A stretch of DNA of 27,096 nt from a virus (lineage: Duplodnaviria > Caudoviricetes). How positions within the stretch are numbered: position 1 is the stretch's first letter; every line of letters begins with the position of its first letter. Shown one piece after another: positions 16,783 through 25,169 of the stretch. The position numbers were made by a program, and so were the translations under genes. Location: positions 1 through 27,096 of IMG/VR virus record IMGVR_UViG_3300027804_000191, one strand, 5' to 3'. The notes under the pieces were generated by a model that saw only the letters and a program-made list of their open reading frames with translations, was not told the DNA's origin and ran no database searches.

Positions 16783-17500
16783 AACAATACTTACTCATTT
16801 TTATAACGAAGAGTATTTGCTCCCTTGGTGGTTAAAGCATCATAAAGACCAGTTTGATTGGGGGGTATGTATTAACTATGGCTCTACAGATAATTCTGTT
16901 GAAATCATTAAAGATATTTGTCCTAAATGGGTAGTAGTTGATTCTATTAATGATTTATTTGATGCCAGGTTATGTGATGAAGAAGTTAAGAAGTATGAAA
17001 AACAAATACCCGGTTGGAAGGTTACTCTTAATGTAACAGAATTTCTAGTAGGTAATTTTTCTATATTGAACGATACACCTGATCAAGAACTAATCGTACC
17101 CTGTCATGTCATGGTAGATTTAGATTCAGATAGTCCTCCCTTAGTTAATCTACCCTTGATAGAACAGAAACATTTCGGAATACATTATAAACAAGAAACT
17201 AAACCTCTAAGAAGGCCTAGATGTATTCATAATAAATTAGAGGTAAACTATCCTCTTGGTAGGCATTACGAAAATTACAATTGCGAAGAGCTTCAAATAT
17301 GCTGGTACGGTTGGTCTCCTTATACAGCTAGTATGGTAAAAAGAAAGCTACAAATTCAAAATAAAATACCTGATAGTGACAAAGCTCAAGGATTCGGACG
17401 TGAACATGTTACCTCACTAGATCAACTATTTACAAATTATGTAAGCCTCAAGCATCTAAGTAAGGATTTGTCTAAAGATCTTAATTTGGAGGTTGTATGA
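16775..17500 (+). CDS. GT2-like glycosyltransferase
   Basis: FYNEE.LLPWWL.HH...FD, GSTDNS.EI, LNVTEF and Y.LGRH. Confidence 0.75.
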   Translation: MRKTILTHFYNEEYLLPWWLKHHKDQFDWGVCINYGSTDNSVEIIKDICPKWVVVDSINDLFDARLCDEEVKKYEKQIPGWKVTLNVTEFLVGNFSILNDTPDQELIVPCHVMVDLDSDSPPLVNLPLIEQKHFGIHYKQETKPLRRPRCIHNKLEVNYPLGRHYENYNCEELQICWYGWSPYTASMVKRKLQIQNKIPDSDKAQGFGREHVTSLDQLFTNYVSLKHLSKDLSKDLNLEVV

Positions 17501-18186
17501 AAATAGGCTTGTTAATGGCGGGTATCTCCTACGGTTATAAATCTGATAGAGACTTTAGACATTGTTTTACAAATATTAATAATAACTTAATTTTACCATT
17601 AAAAAAGTTTCACGATGTTGAAGTTTATGTTACTACATATCAACATGAATACATGCAGGGTCTACAAGAACTGTATAATCCAGTCGATATAAAAATACTA
17701 CCTTATGAAGGCAATACTCAGCTCACTACCCGTAGAGAATGCTTCTTACAAGCAGATAAAGATCATATAGATTTTTTTATTATGAGTCGTTTTGATTTAC
17801 ATTTTAATCAATCCTTAGAAAATTTTAACATGGATTTTAATAAATTTAATATTATTTCTAGGGAAGGTAACGGTTTTTGGGAGCGTGAAAAGTTTATAGG
17901 GGATGTACTTTTTGCATGGCCCAGATCATTACAAACAGGGGTTAGAAAGACTTTTAACGATTTAATGGACGTTGCAAAAACTGGTGATTGGAGACATGAA
18001 GGAAAGCATAATCATAATTTTTACTCTATACTGTCTCCTAATATAGGTCAAGAAAATATTCATTTTATGAGCGACAAATATCAGCTGAGCGGGCATGAAT
18101 TTGCAAGTATATGTACCGAAGATTGTTCTCGACGATTAAGAGGTCAGTATTTTGTTAATAGTGAAGTGCTAGCTCGTTTTCCTTAA
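17497..18186 (+). CDS. Hypothetical protein, possible GT-A glycosyltransferase
   Basis: MKIGLL..G, V.V.TY and DFFI.SRFD; ATGA-coupled within the operon. Confidence 0.5.
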   Translation: MKIGLLMAGISYGYKSDRDFRHCFTNINNNLILPLKKFHDVEVYVTTYQHEYMQGLQELYNPVDIKILPYEGNTQLTTRRECFLQADKDHIDFFIMSRFDLHFNQSLENFNMDFNKFNIISREGNGFWEREKFIGDVLFAWPRSLQTGVRKTFNDLMDVAKTGDWRHEGKHNHNFYSILSPNIGQENIHFMSDKYQLSGHEFASICTEDCSRRLRGQYFVNSEVLARFP

Positions 18187-18194
18187 GAGGGTTT

Positions 18195-18920
18195 ATGATT
18201 AATATAGTTATACCAATGGCCGGGCGAGGTCAACGATTTACAGAAGCAGGTTATGATAAACCTAAACCGTTGATCGATGTAGTAGGGGTTCCAATGATTA
18301 AACGTGTAATTGATTCTCTTACCCTTAAGAATTATTACTATAATTTTATTTTTATTGCTTTACAAGAACATTTAGATCAAGGGCTGCAAGAATACCTGGC
18401 TGATAAGGGTACCATTATACCTTTAAATCATGTTACAGAAGGTGCCGCTTGTACTACTCTCATGGCCTCAAAGTATATCGATAATGACTACCCGTTAGTT
18501 ATTGCTAATTGTGATCAATATCTGGAATGGGACTTTGATGACTATATTAATAAGGCGGAGGGGTATGATGGTTCCGTAGTGGTCTTTAATTCAACTAACC
18601 CCCACCACAGCTATACACTGGTAAAGAAAGGTTTAGTAGTGGAGGTAGCAGAAAAAGTGGTTATATCGGATAAAGCATGTGCAGGTATTTACTACTACGC
18701 TAAAGGCCGGTATTATATTGATAGTACGGTTATGATGATTGCTAAAAACATTCGCACTAACAACGAGTTTTATATTGCCCCTGCATATAATGAAATGATT
18801 AATGAGGGTAGGAAGTTAACAGTTTACGAGGTTGATGTAAATAAAAAACATATGCTAGGTACTCCATATGAACTTAAAATCTTTTTAGATAAAGTAGAGA
18901 ACGGAGATGTAGTTCTATGA
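18195..18920 (+). CDS. Sugar-phosphate nucleotidyltransferase
   Basis: IPMAG.G.RF...GY..PKPLI, TEGAACT, IANCDQ, EK.VIS, NEFYIAP.YN and LGTP. Confidence 0.88.
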   Translation: MINIVIPMAGRGQRFTEAGYDKPKPLIDVVGVPMIKRVIDSLTLKNYYYNFIFIALQEHLDQGLQEYLADKGTIIPLNHVTEGAACTTLMASKYIDNDYPLVIANCDQYLEWDFDDYINKAEGYDGSVVVFNSTNPHHSYTLVKKGLVVEVAEKVVISDKACAGIYYYAKGRYYIDSTVMMIAKNIRTNNEFYIAPAYNEMINEGRKLTVYEVDVNKKHMLGTPYELKIFLDKVENGDVVL

Positions 18921-19576
18921 AAATTTTAGTGTTTGGTAAAAGCGATATTGGAGATGGTATTAGTCAATTGTATCCAGAGACATTTAATATACCCAAAGAA
19001 GAATGTGATGTAAGAGACGCCAAGCAAATTCGTTCAACTATTAAAAAATATAACCCAGATGCTATAGTAAATTGTGCGGGTGTTTCACATGTGCAAGTTG
19101 TTAAAGATTCTAATATAGAAAACTGGAAGGAAGAAATTGAAGTAAACCTTATTGGTAGTTATTTGATAGCAAAAGAATCAATCGCTACCAATATTTTTCG
19201 CCCTATGATCTTTATTGCATCCGTTGCCGGTATGTATGGTAAACCAGAGCATAGTGGTTATTCAGCTTCTAAATCTGGAGTTATTTCTTTTGTTCAGTCT
19301 TTAGGGCTAGAGGGTTATAATGCATACTCAATTTCCCCGGGTCGGGTTGATACTAAATTGCGTGAAAAAGATTATCCTGGGGAAGATAGAAGGACCAGGT
19401 TAACTACATTACAAGTTGCAGAAATTGTAAAAGAGTGTATAGATCAAAAATACACCCCAGGGGATAATATTGTAATTCGTAAGCGTGGTTTTCGTAAACT
19501 AAAAAGAGTAGATCAAGGTCAGCCCTGGAAAGTATATCTTAACGTTCAACCTTTAGGTACCCCTAAAACGATATGA
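18917..19576 (+). CDS. Short-chain dehydrogenase/reductase
   Basis: VFGKSDIG, NCAG, IASVAG, YSASK (YxxxK) and SPGRVDT. Confidence 0.88.
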   Translation: MKILVFGKSDIGDGISQLYPETFNIPKEECDVRDAKQIRSTIKKYNPDAIVNCAGVSHVQVVKDSNIENWKEEIEVNLIGSYLIAKESIATNIFRPMIFIASVAGMYGKPEHSGYSASKSGVISFVQSLGLEGYNAYSISPGRVDTKLREKDYPGEDRRTRLTTLQVAEIVKECIDQKYTPGDNIVIRKRGFRKLKRVDQGQPWKVYLNVQPLGTPKTI

Positions 19577-20022
19577 AGTTCATTTCACATCGCGGCAATA
19601 TAAACGGTCCAGATCCTTTAACAGAAAACACACCAGATAAAATTGATTTTGTTATTAGTAATGGTTTTGATGTAGAAATAGATGTTTGGTTTATAAATCA
19701 AGATTTCTATTTAGGGCATGACAAACCAAAAATTCTTATAGACAAGTCATTTTTATTAGACCGAGAAGATAAGCTTTGGGTGCACTGTAAGAATCTAGAT
19801 TGTTTATCTAAATTAAAATATTGGAATATTAATTATTTTTGGCATCAACAGGATGACGTAGCGCTAACATCTCACCACTTTCTATGGGCTTACCCCAAGC
19901 CCATGAGCGCTTATTTTTGGAATATGATTTGTCTAGATTTTTCCCCTAATGTAGACTATAACTTTTATCGCTCTAAGTATATACATGCTTTATGCTGCGA
20001 TTATATTGAAAATATGGTATGA
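19573..20022 (+). CDS. Glycerophosphodiester phosphodiesterase-like (PLC-like) protein
   Basis: ISHRGN...EN, DVEIDVW, LGHD, LWVHCKN and YFWHQ.DD. Confidence 0.8.
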   Translation: MKFISHRGNINGPDPLTENTPDKIDFVISNGFDVEIDVWFINQDFYLGHDKPKILIDKSFLLDREDKLWVHCKNLDCLSKLKYWNINYFWHQQDDVALTSHHFLWAYPKPMSAYFWNMICLDFSPNVDYNFYRSKYIHALCCDYIENMV

Positions 20023-20738
20023 AGATATCTATAGTTTGCCCTATCTATACTATGACAGGTGGCCTGTCAGAAAAATTTTTAATTGAATTTTGCTCACAAT
20101 TTTTTTATCAATCTTATAAAGATTTTGAATTAGTTTTTTCCGATCAAAGCCCAGGTGATAATCTTAAAAATATTATCGATATGTTTAGGCATGTGTATGA
20201 CATTACGTATGTTAAAAATACTAGCGGTGTCAATAACGCTGCTAACAATGTCAATCATGCGATACCCCATGCTAAAGGAGATATTGTAAAACTACTTTAC
20301 ATGGATGATTTTTTCCTAGATTCCAACGCATTACAAAAAATTGTTCAAGCCTTTAAAATTAATCCTGGTAAATGGTTAATATCTGGCTTCGGTCATAGTA
20401 ATCAAGATAGGACGAAATTTTTTGACTTTCGTAAACCTTGGTTTGGTAACAAGTACGTTAATGGAGATAATACTACAGGTAACCCTTCTAATTATTCTGT
20501 AAAAAGAGAATGTGCATTAGAAATGGATGAGAGTTTACTTTGGGTAGTAGACGGTGAGTATTTTTATCGCTCCTATTATCATTACGGTGATCCTATTCTA
20601 TTAGATGATGTATTAGTATGTTTTAGGGAGCATGGCGACTCAGCTTTTCTTAAACCTGAGTTTAGAGAATTAGAAGTAAAAGAAAGACAATATTGCGTGG
20701 AGAAATATAGTAGAGATATTCCTTTGAAGCTGTTATAA
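20019..20738 (+). CDS. GT2 family glycosyltransferase
   Basis: ISIVCP.Y, Q...DFELV.SDQS, N.N.AI..AKG, LYMDDF, GNPS and VDGE. Confidence 0.85.
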   Translation: MKISIVCPIYTMTGGLSEKFLIEFCSQFFYQSYKDFELVFSDQSPGDNLKNIIDMFRHVYDITYVKNTSGVNNAANNVNHAIPHAKGDIVKLLYMDDFFLDSNALQKIVQAFKINPGKWLISGFGHSNQDRTKFFDFRKPWFGNKYVNGDNTTGNPSNYSVKRECALEMDESLLWVVDGEYFYRSYYHYGDPILLDDVLVCFREHGDSAFLKPEFRELEVKERQYCVEKYSRDIPLKLL

Positions 20739-20763
20739 TATATTTTTATGATGAGGTTATGTG

Positions 20764-21435
20764 ATGAAGTTTAGTAAAGAAACATTGGCATTGCTTAAAA
20801 ACTTTGCCTCTATTAACACCAATATTGTGTTTAAGCAAGGGGATACTGTCAGCACCATCTCTAACTTAAAAAATATCTTCGCTAAAGCTACTATTAAAGA
20901 ATCTATACCTAATGAGTTTGCAATATACGACTTAAACTCACTCCTAGCTATGCTGACTCTAATAGAAAATCAAGATGTTGAATTCGGAGATAAATGTTTA
21001 ACAGTAACTAGCTCATCAGGTCGTTTTGAGTTTTATTATTCTAACCCTGAAATTGTAACTGGTGCCCCTAGTGGTGAGATCCAACATACATCTGTTTACA
21101 AGTTTAAGATGACAGCGGAAGACGCGCAAATGCTTATGAAAGCAGCTGCAATTACAGGTGCTCCATCCATTTCGGTAACTAATAAAGATCAAAATGTTAC
21201 ACTATCAGTAAGCGATAGAAAGAATGAGACTGCTAGTAATTTTAAGAAAAGTCTAGGAACATCATTTGATAATTTTGATGTGTTTATCGCAGTAGAAAAT
21301 TTTAAAGTAGTACCTGATGCGTATGAGGTGTCAGTAGCTAAGACACAGAACGGTAAAGCTAAGTTTTTACATTTTAAACATGAGTCAAGACCGCTTCAGT
21401 ATTGGATTGCCTGTGAGCCCGGGTCAGTACTATGA
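20764..21435 (+). CDS. gp45: Sliding clamp (T4 gp45)
   Basis: MKFSKETL.LLKNFASIN, F.IYDLN and YWIA.E; synteny with gp44/62. TGnTATAAT at 20731-20739 upstream. Confidence 0.95.
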   Translation: MKFSKETLALLKNFASINTNIVFKQGDTVSTISNLKNIFAKATIKESIPNEFAIYDLNSLLAMLTLIENQDVEFGDKCLTVTSSSGRFEFYYSNPEIVTGAPSGEIQHTSVYKFKMTAEDAQMLMKAAAITGAPSISVTNKDQNVTLSVSDRKNETASNFKKSLGTSFDNFDVFIAVENFKVVPDAYEVSVAKTQNGKAKFLHFKHESRPLQYWIACEPGSVL

Positions 21436-22364
21436 GCGATCATTTCCTATGGGTCGAGGCATACAGACCTCGAACAATCGACGCTTGTATTCTCCCATCG
21501 AGTATTAAAGGTTATTTTAAACAGGTTGTTGAAGCCGGTGATATCCAGAATATGCTGCTATGTGGATCAGCTGGTACTGGTAAGACTACTGTAGCGCGGG
21601 CTCTTTGTGAAGAGTTAAATTCAGATTATATTGTAATTAATGGATCTGAAGAATCCGGTATCGATGTACTAAGAACCAAGATACGTTCGTTTGCATCTAC
21701 TATTTCGTTTACTGGTAATACTAAAGTAGTAATATTAGACGAGGCAGATTATCTCAATCCTAATTCTACGCAGCCAGCTTTACGTGGATTTATAGAAGAG
21801 TTTGCATCTAATTGCAGGTTTATTTTTACTTGTAATTTTAAGAATAGAATTATTGCACCGCTTCATAGTCGTTGTGCGGTAATCGAATTCAAAATACCTA
21901 AAGATGAACGCGCGGAAATGGCGAGAGACTTTCATCGCCGTGTCTACCGTATTTTAAAAGAAAATAATATTCCTTCTGACCCTAAAGTTATTGCTAAGGT
22001 AATAGAAAAACACTTTCCCGATTTCAGACGAACATTAAATGAATTGCAACGGTATGCCCAGGGTGGTGTCATTGATGAAGGTATACTAGTAAACTTGCAA
22101 GATGCTAATATGCAAGATCTTGTACAGTCACTTAAGAGTAAAGACTGGAAGCAGATGCGCACATGGGTAGTCGGTAATCTAGATCAAGACCCTGTAGTGT
22201 TGTTTCGTAAAATTTACGATACTATTTTACCACTAACCGATCAAGTACCGCAACTAGTCTTAACTATTGCTGATTATCAATATAAAGCTGCATTTGTTGC
22301 AGATCAAGAAATTAACTTAGTAGCTTGTTTAACTGAAATTATGGCAGCAGTGAATATTAAATGA
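21432..22364 (+). CDS. gp44: Clamp loader ATPase subunit (T4 gp44)
   Basis: LWVE.YRP, Walker A GSAGTGKTT, Walker B ILDEAD, SRC motif and ADQEIN. Confidence 0.97.
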   Translation: MSDHFLWVEAYRPRTIDACILPSSIKGYFKQVVEAGDIQNMLLCGSAGTGKTTVARALCEELNSDYIVINGSEESGIDVLRTKIRSFASTISFTGNTKVVILDEADYLNPNSTQPALRGFIEEFASNCRFIFTCNFKNRIIAPLHSRCAVIEFKIPKDERAEMARDFHRRVYRILKENNIPSDPKVIAKVIEKHFPDFRRTLNELQRYAQGGVIDEGILVNLQDANMQDLVQSLKSKDWKQMRTWVVGNLDQDPVVLFRKIYDTILPLTDQVPQLVLTIADYQYKAAFVADQEINLVACLTEIMAAVNIK

Positions 22365-22831
22365 GTGATATTAATGATGAGTTTGGAAACAATTTAACCA
22401 TTGTTCAAGAAGATTTTAAAACTCCTTCTATATCCCCCTTCCAATTTATTAATGCTATTCATCTTACGAAAGAAGAACTTATAGTAGATGAATGGTCGGA
22501 GAAGCAGTATTCTCCTTATCTAGTCAACCGAGGGCTTTCATTCGGACACGATACAGTAGTGGCTGCTAATATGATGAATTCTAGACCACATATTGAGAAG
22601 AAACTCCAATTTGATTTCTTGATAAATAGTATCAGGCCCAGAAAACGATTCAATAAATGGATTAAGGCTCAAGAAGTTGAGTTGATAGAGATGATTAGAC
22701 AATACTATAACTATAGCACTGAACAAGCCCGCCAGGTAGCATCTCTGTTTGACGAAACTCAAACCAAACTATTAAAACAAAAATTAGAAAGAGGTGGAAT
22801 GAAAAATGTCAAACGAGTACTTCAAGATTGA
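22361..22831 (+). CDS. gp62: Clamp loader small subunit (T4 gp62)
   Basis: Y.PYLVNRGLS, QFDFLINSIR.RKRF.KW and YY.YS..A. Confidence 0.93.
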   Translation: MSDINDEFGNNLTIVQEDFKTPSISPFQFINAIHLTKEELIVDEWSEKQYSPYLVNRGLSFGHDTVVAANMMNSRPHIEKKLQFDFLINSIRPRKRFNKWIKAQEVELIEMIRQYYNYSTEQARQVASLFDETQTKLLKQKLERGGMKNVKRVLQD

Positions 22832-23234
22832 TATACCGGGGTACGCACCGCTAGAAGTTACACTTAATACCCCAGATGATTTTCTTAAGGTCAGGGAAAC
22901 TTTAACTAGAATTGGAGTAGCATCTAGAAAAGATAAAGTTTTGTATCAGTCATGCCATATTTTACATAAACAAGGTCATTACTTTATAGTTCATTTTAAA
23001 GAGTTATTTGCTCTAGACGGTAAGCAAGCAGAATTAACCGATAATGATATTGAAAGAAGAAATACTATTGCTAAACTGCTGTCTGACTGGGGTTTGATAA
23101 AATTAGTAAACCCTGCTTTAGTAAGAGATTCAGCACCACTATCACAAATAAAAATTATATCATTTAAAGAAAAAGACGAATGGGAATTGCAGACAAAATA
23201 TAATATAGGTAAGAAACGAGTGGATTTCGATTGA
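22806..23234 (+). CDS. regA: Translational repressor RegA
   Basis: DDFLKVRETLTRIGVAS, LYQSCHILHKQG.Y.IVHFKELF and KYNIG. Confidence 0.97.
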   Translation: MSNEYFKIDIPGYAPLEVTLNTPDDFLKVRETLTRIGVASRKDKVLYQSCHILHKQGHYFIVHFKELFALDGKQAELTDNDIERRNTIAKLLSDWGLIKLVNPALVRDSAPLSQIKIISFKEKDEWELQTKYNIGKKRVDFD

Positions 23235-23249
23235 TTTTATAAATATAAT
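23221..23249 (+). promoter_or_regulatory. Overlapping sigma70-like (TGGATT-17-TATAAT) and late (TATAAATA, 23238-23245) promoters for hsp20
   Basis: Both consensus strings read directly from the sequence. Confidence 0.65.
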
Positions 23250-23266
23250 TATTCCTAGGGATGGGA

Positions 23267-23329
23267 ACTAGCAGTCCGAGGTAGGCTAGTAAAATATTCC
23301 TCGGGCCAACGCCTTTGGGTTGGTTTTTT
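23267..23329 (+). ncRNA. Structured hsp20 leader: H-type pseudoknot plus hairpin/U-tract
   Basis: Stem 1 ACTAGC/GCTAGT; loop GTCCGAGG pairs with CCTCGGGC; then CCAAC/GTTGG followed by T6. Confidence 0.6.
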
Positions 23330-23357
23330 ACATTTACTCGCTTAATAGGAGAAAAAA

Positions 23358-23843
23358 ATGACATACGTTAAAGATGTGTTTGGTCGTGATTTGTTTAAAG
23401 ATTTTGATAAAGTTTTTGTAGGTTTTGATGATGCTTATAATCGTCTGGCAAAAATTCATGATGATGTGACCAAGAATATTCCAAACTACCCCCCATACAA
23501 TATTCGCAAAGTAGAAGATAACAAGTATGTTATTGAACTTGCTGTGGCAGGTTTTTCTACACAGGATATTGAAATTACACTAGAAGATAATAAACTTATT
23601 ATTTCTGGCAAGGCTCAAGATGATAGTAGCAACTTCTTATTCAAGGGAATTGCTAATCGTGCGTTTACACGTTCTTTTGCTATTGATGATAACATTGAAA
23701 TAAATGATGCTGCTATGCTTAATGGTATGCTTCGAATCGCTCTAGAAAGAATTATACCTGAACATAAAAAACCGAAAAAAATTGAAGTAAAAGATGCTAG
23801 CAAACAACGCAGTCAAAAAGAATTGCTAGTGGAAGATAAGTGA
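23358..23843 (+). CDS. hsp20: Small heat shock protein (Hsp20/IbpA-like)
   Basis: NYPPYNI, IELAVAGF, KGIA.RAF.RSF and NGML.I.LE..IPE.KKP; AGGAG RBS. Confidence 0.95.
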   Translation: MTYVKDVFGRDLFKDFDKVFVGFDDAYNRLAKIHDDVTKNIPNYPPYNIRKVEDNKYVIELAVAGFSTQDIEITLEDNKLIISGKAQDDSSNFLFKGIANRAFTRSFAIDDNIEINDAAMLNGMLRIALERIIPEHKKPKKIEVKDASKQRSQKELLVEDK

Positions 23844-23989
23844 TTACTTGTCTTCTAGTAAAAATAAAAGACTTTGTGCATAAGTACTCCCTCCCCACAA
23901 GAGATGTGGAGTACTTTCTTTCGCAGTCTGTAGATCGTGCAGATTTTGAGCGCAGAGAACAACAACTCAAGTACAAAGGTAAGCTATGA
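23840..23989 (+). CDS. Small protein, DUF3563-like (49 aa, not in ORF track)
   Basis: GTGA overlap; MITCLL...EYFLSQSVDRADFERREQQL resembles the YL..S.D..DLE.R motif. Confidence 0.55.
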   Translation: MITCLLVKIKDFVHKYSLPTRDVEYFLSQSVDRADFERREQQLKYKGKL

Positions 23990-24093
23990 TTTTCTTAAAT
24001 ATAATCTGGAAATTTTTAGAGAGTATTACAGAAGGTAGACGAATGAGAATTGAACGACAAGTACAGGAATATATTCATACCTATAGAAAATGA
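23986..24093 (+). CDS. Small hypothetical protein (35 aa, not in ORF track)
   Basis: MIFLNIIWKFLESITEGRRMRIERQVQEYIHTYRK; ATGA overlaps at both ends. Confidence 0.6.
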   Translation: MIFLNIIWKFLESITEGRRMRIERQVQEYIHTYRK

Positions 24094-24293
24094 ATTTATT
24101 TTGCTCGATTCCTACAGTAAGAATAGGTGACTGGTTAGTGAAAGCCAGCTCTTTTGACGATCAAATTTTAGTATGGTTAAAGCATGTATCCTGGTCGGAG
24201 TCAGAGTTAAGAATGTTTTATAATGAAGAAGATGCCCATAAATTTTTAGAAAGATTAAATTATGATTACAGTAATGAAATTAATAACCGGTGA
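24090..24293 (+). CDS. Hypothetical protein
   Basis: 67 aa ORF coupled into the operon. Confidence 0.65.
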   Translation: MNLFCSIPTVRIGDWLVKASSFDDQILVWLKHVSWSESELRMFYNEEDAHKFLERLNYDYSNEINNR

Positions 24294-24543
24294 AGAGCTA
24301 GTAGGTGACGTTACACAAGGTGATAAGGTCACAATAAAAAACCCGTGCATGTTGCAAATGGTACCTAATCGGGCTAACCCCGAGCAGGTATCCATGGCTT
24401 TAGTTCCAGTAGCCATGCATATTGAAAATCATACCTTCATATTAAACTCTGAGCACGTTTTATGGATGCATAAACCTGTAAACGAGCTATACAACCAGTA
24501 CAATGCTTATTTCGGATCAGGTATTCAACTTGCAGGTATGTAA
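24262..24543 (+). CDS. Conserved T4-like small protein (Sm-like fold predicted)
   Basis: KL.TGEE.VG, I.NP and P..EL..QY...FGSGI. Confidence 0.7.
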   Translation: MITVMKLITGEELVGDVTQGDKVTIKNPCMLQMVPNRANPEQVSMALVPVAMHIENHTFILNSEHVLWMHKPVNELYNQYNAYFGSGIQLAGM

Positions 24544-24710
24544 TGAAACGACATGCAGTGAAATTGGTTAACCCAGTCAATAACGAGGTATGGTTTTGTA
24601 ACGACTACCATAATGTTACGATTGTTGAGGGAGTTGAATTTGTTAGGGTTTTTAAGGAAGAATACCCCCAACGTGTTCACCTTATTCGCAAAGATGCGTT
24701 ACGTAAAATA
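24543..24710 (+). CDS. Hypothetical protein (55 aa, not in ORF track)
   Basis: TAATG coupling; MKRHAVKLVNPVNNEVWFC...EGVEFVRVF...IRKDALRK. Confidence 0.65.
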
Positions 24711-24718
24711 ATTAAGGC

Positions 24719-24747
24719 TTGATTTTCCTACGCAATAAATATATAAT
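24719..24747 (+). promoter_or_regulatory. Sigma70-like promoter (TTGATT-17-TATAAT) with embedded late-like AATAAATA
   Basis: Same architecture as 23221. Confidence 0.55.
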
Positions 24748-24772
24748 ACCAACATCAAATAAGGAGTTGCGT

Positions 24773-25075
24773 ATGAAACGTTTTGTTGCTGCTTTTATCG
24801 CGTCGTTGTTACTATCAATTGGTACTGCTACTGCACAACACCGCCATCACCACGGTTACCATCATCATCACCATCGCAATCATTGGATAGGTCCTGCTAT
24901 CGGTGGTCTTATAATTGGCGCAGCAGTAGCTAATGCATATGCATATCAACCCCCAGTTGTGATAAGCCCTCCCCCTGTTTATACACCTCAGCCTACTTAT
25001 TATGATTGTTTAGTTCAGGTTTATGACCCTGTTACTAATACTTACAGGAATGAAGTACGTACCTGCGTACGATAA
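24773..25075 (+). CDS. Exported His-rich/Pro-rich small protein
   Basis: AAGGAG RBS; signal peptide MKRFVAA...ATA; His tract; glycine-zipper helix; PPVV..PPPVY; two C-terminal Cys. Confidence 0.75.
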   Translation: MKRFVAAFIASLLLSIGTATAQHRHHHGYHHHHHRNHWIGPAIGGLIIGAAVANAYAYQPPVVISPPPVYTPQPTYYDCLVQVYDPVTNTYRNEVRTCVR

Positions 25076-25080
25076 TTTTT

Positions 25081-25159
25081 GCCCCCTTAGCTCATGGTTG
25101 GTTAGAGCGGCAAGCTCATAACTTGAAGGTGCGTGGTTCGACTCCACGAGGGGGCACCA
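25081..25159 (+). tRNA. tRNA with CAT anticodon (probably Ile2, otherwise elongator Met)
   Basis: GCCCCCT/AGGGGGC acceptor, ACCA; loop CTCATAA; paired 1:72 and no 3GC anticodon stem, so not an initiator. Confidence 0.88.
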
Positions 25160-25169
25160 AAGGTAAAAT

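Noticed and set aside
10829-20738. Bacterial O-antigen locus (chimeric or host contig)
   Set aside because: No flippase, polymerase or ABC exporter; joined seamlessly to gp45 and the phage tRNA region.
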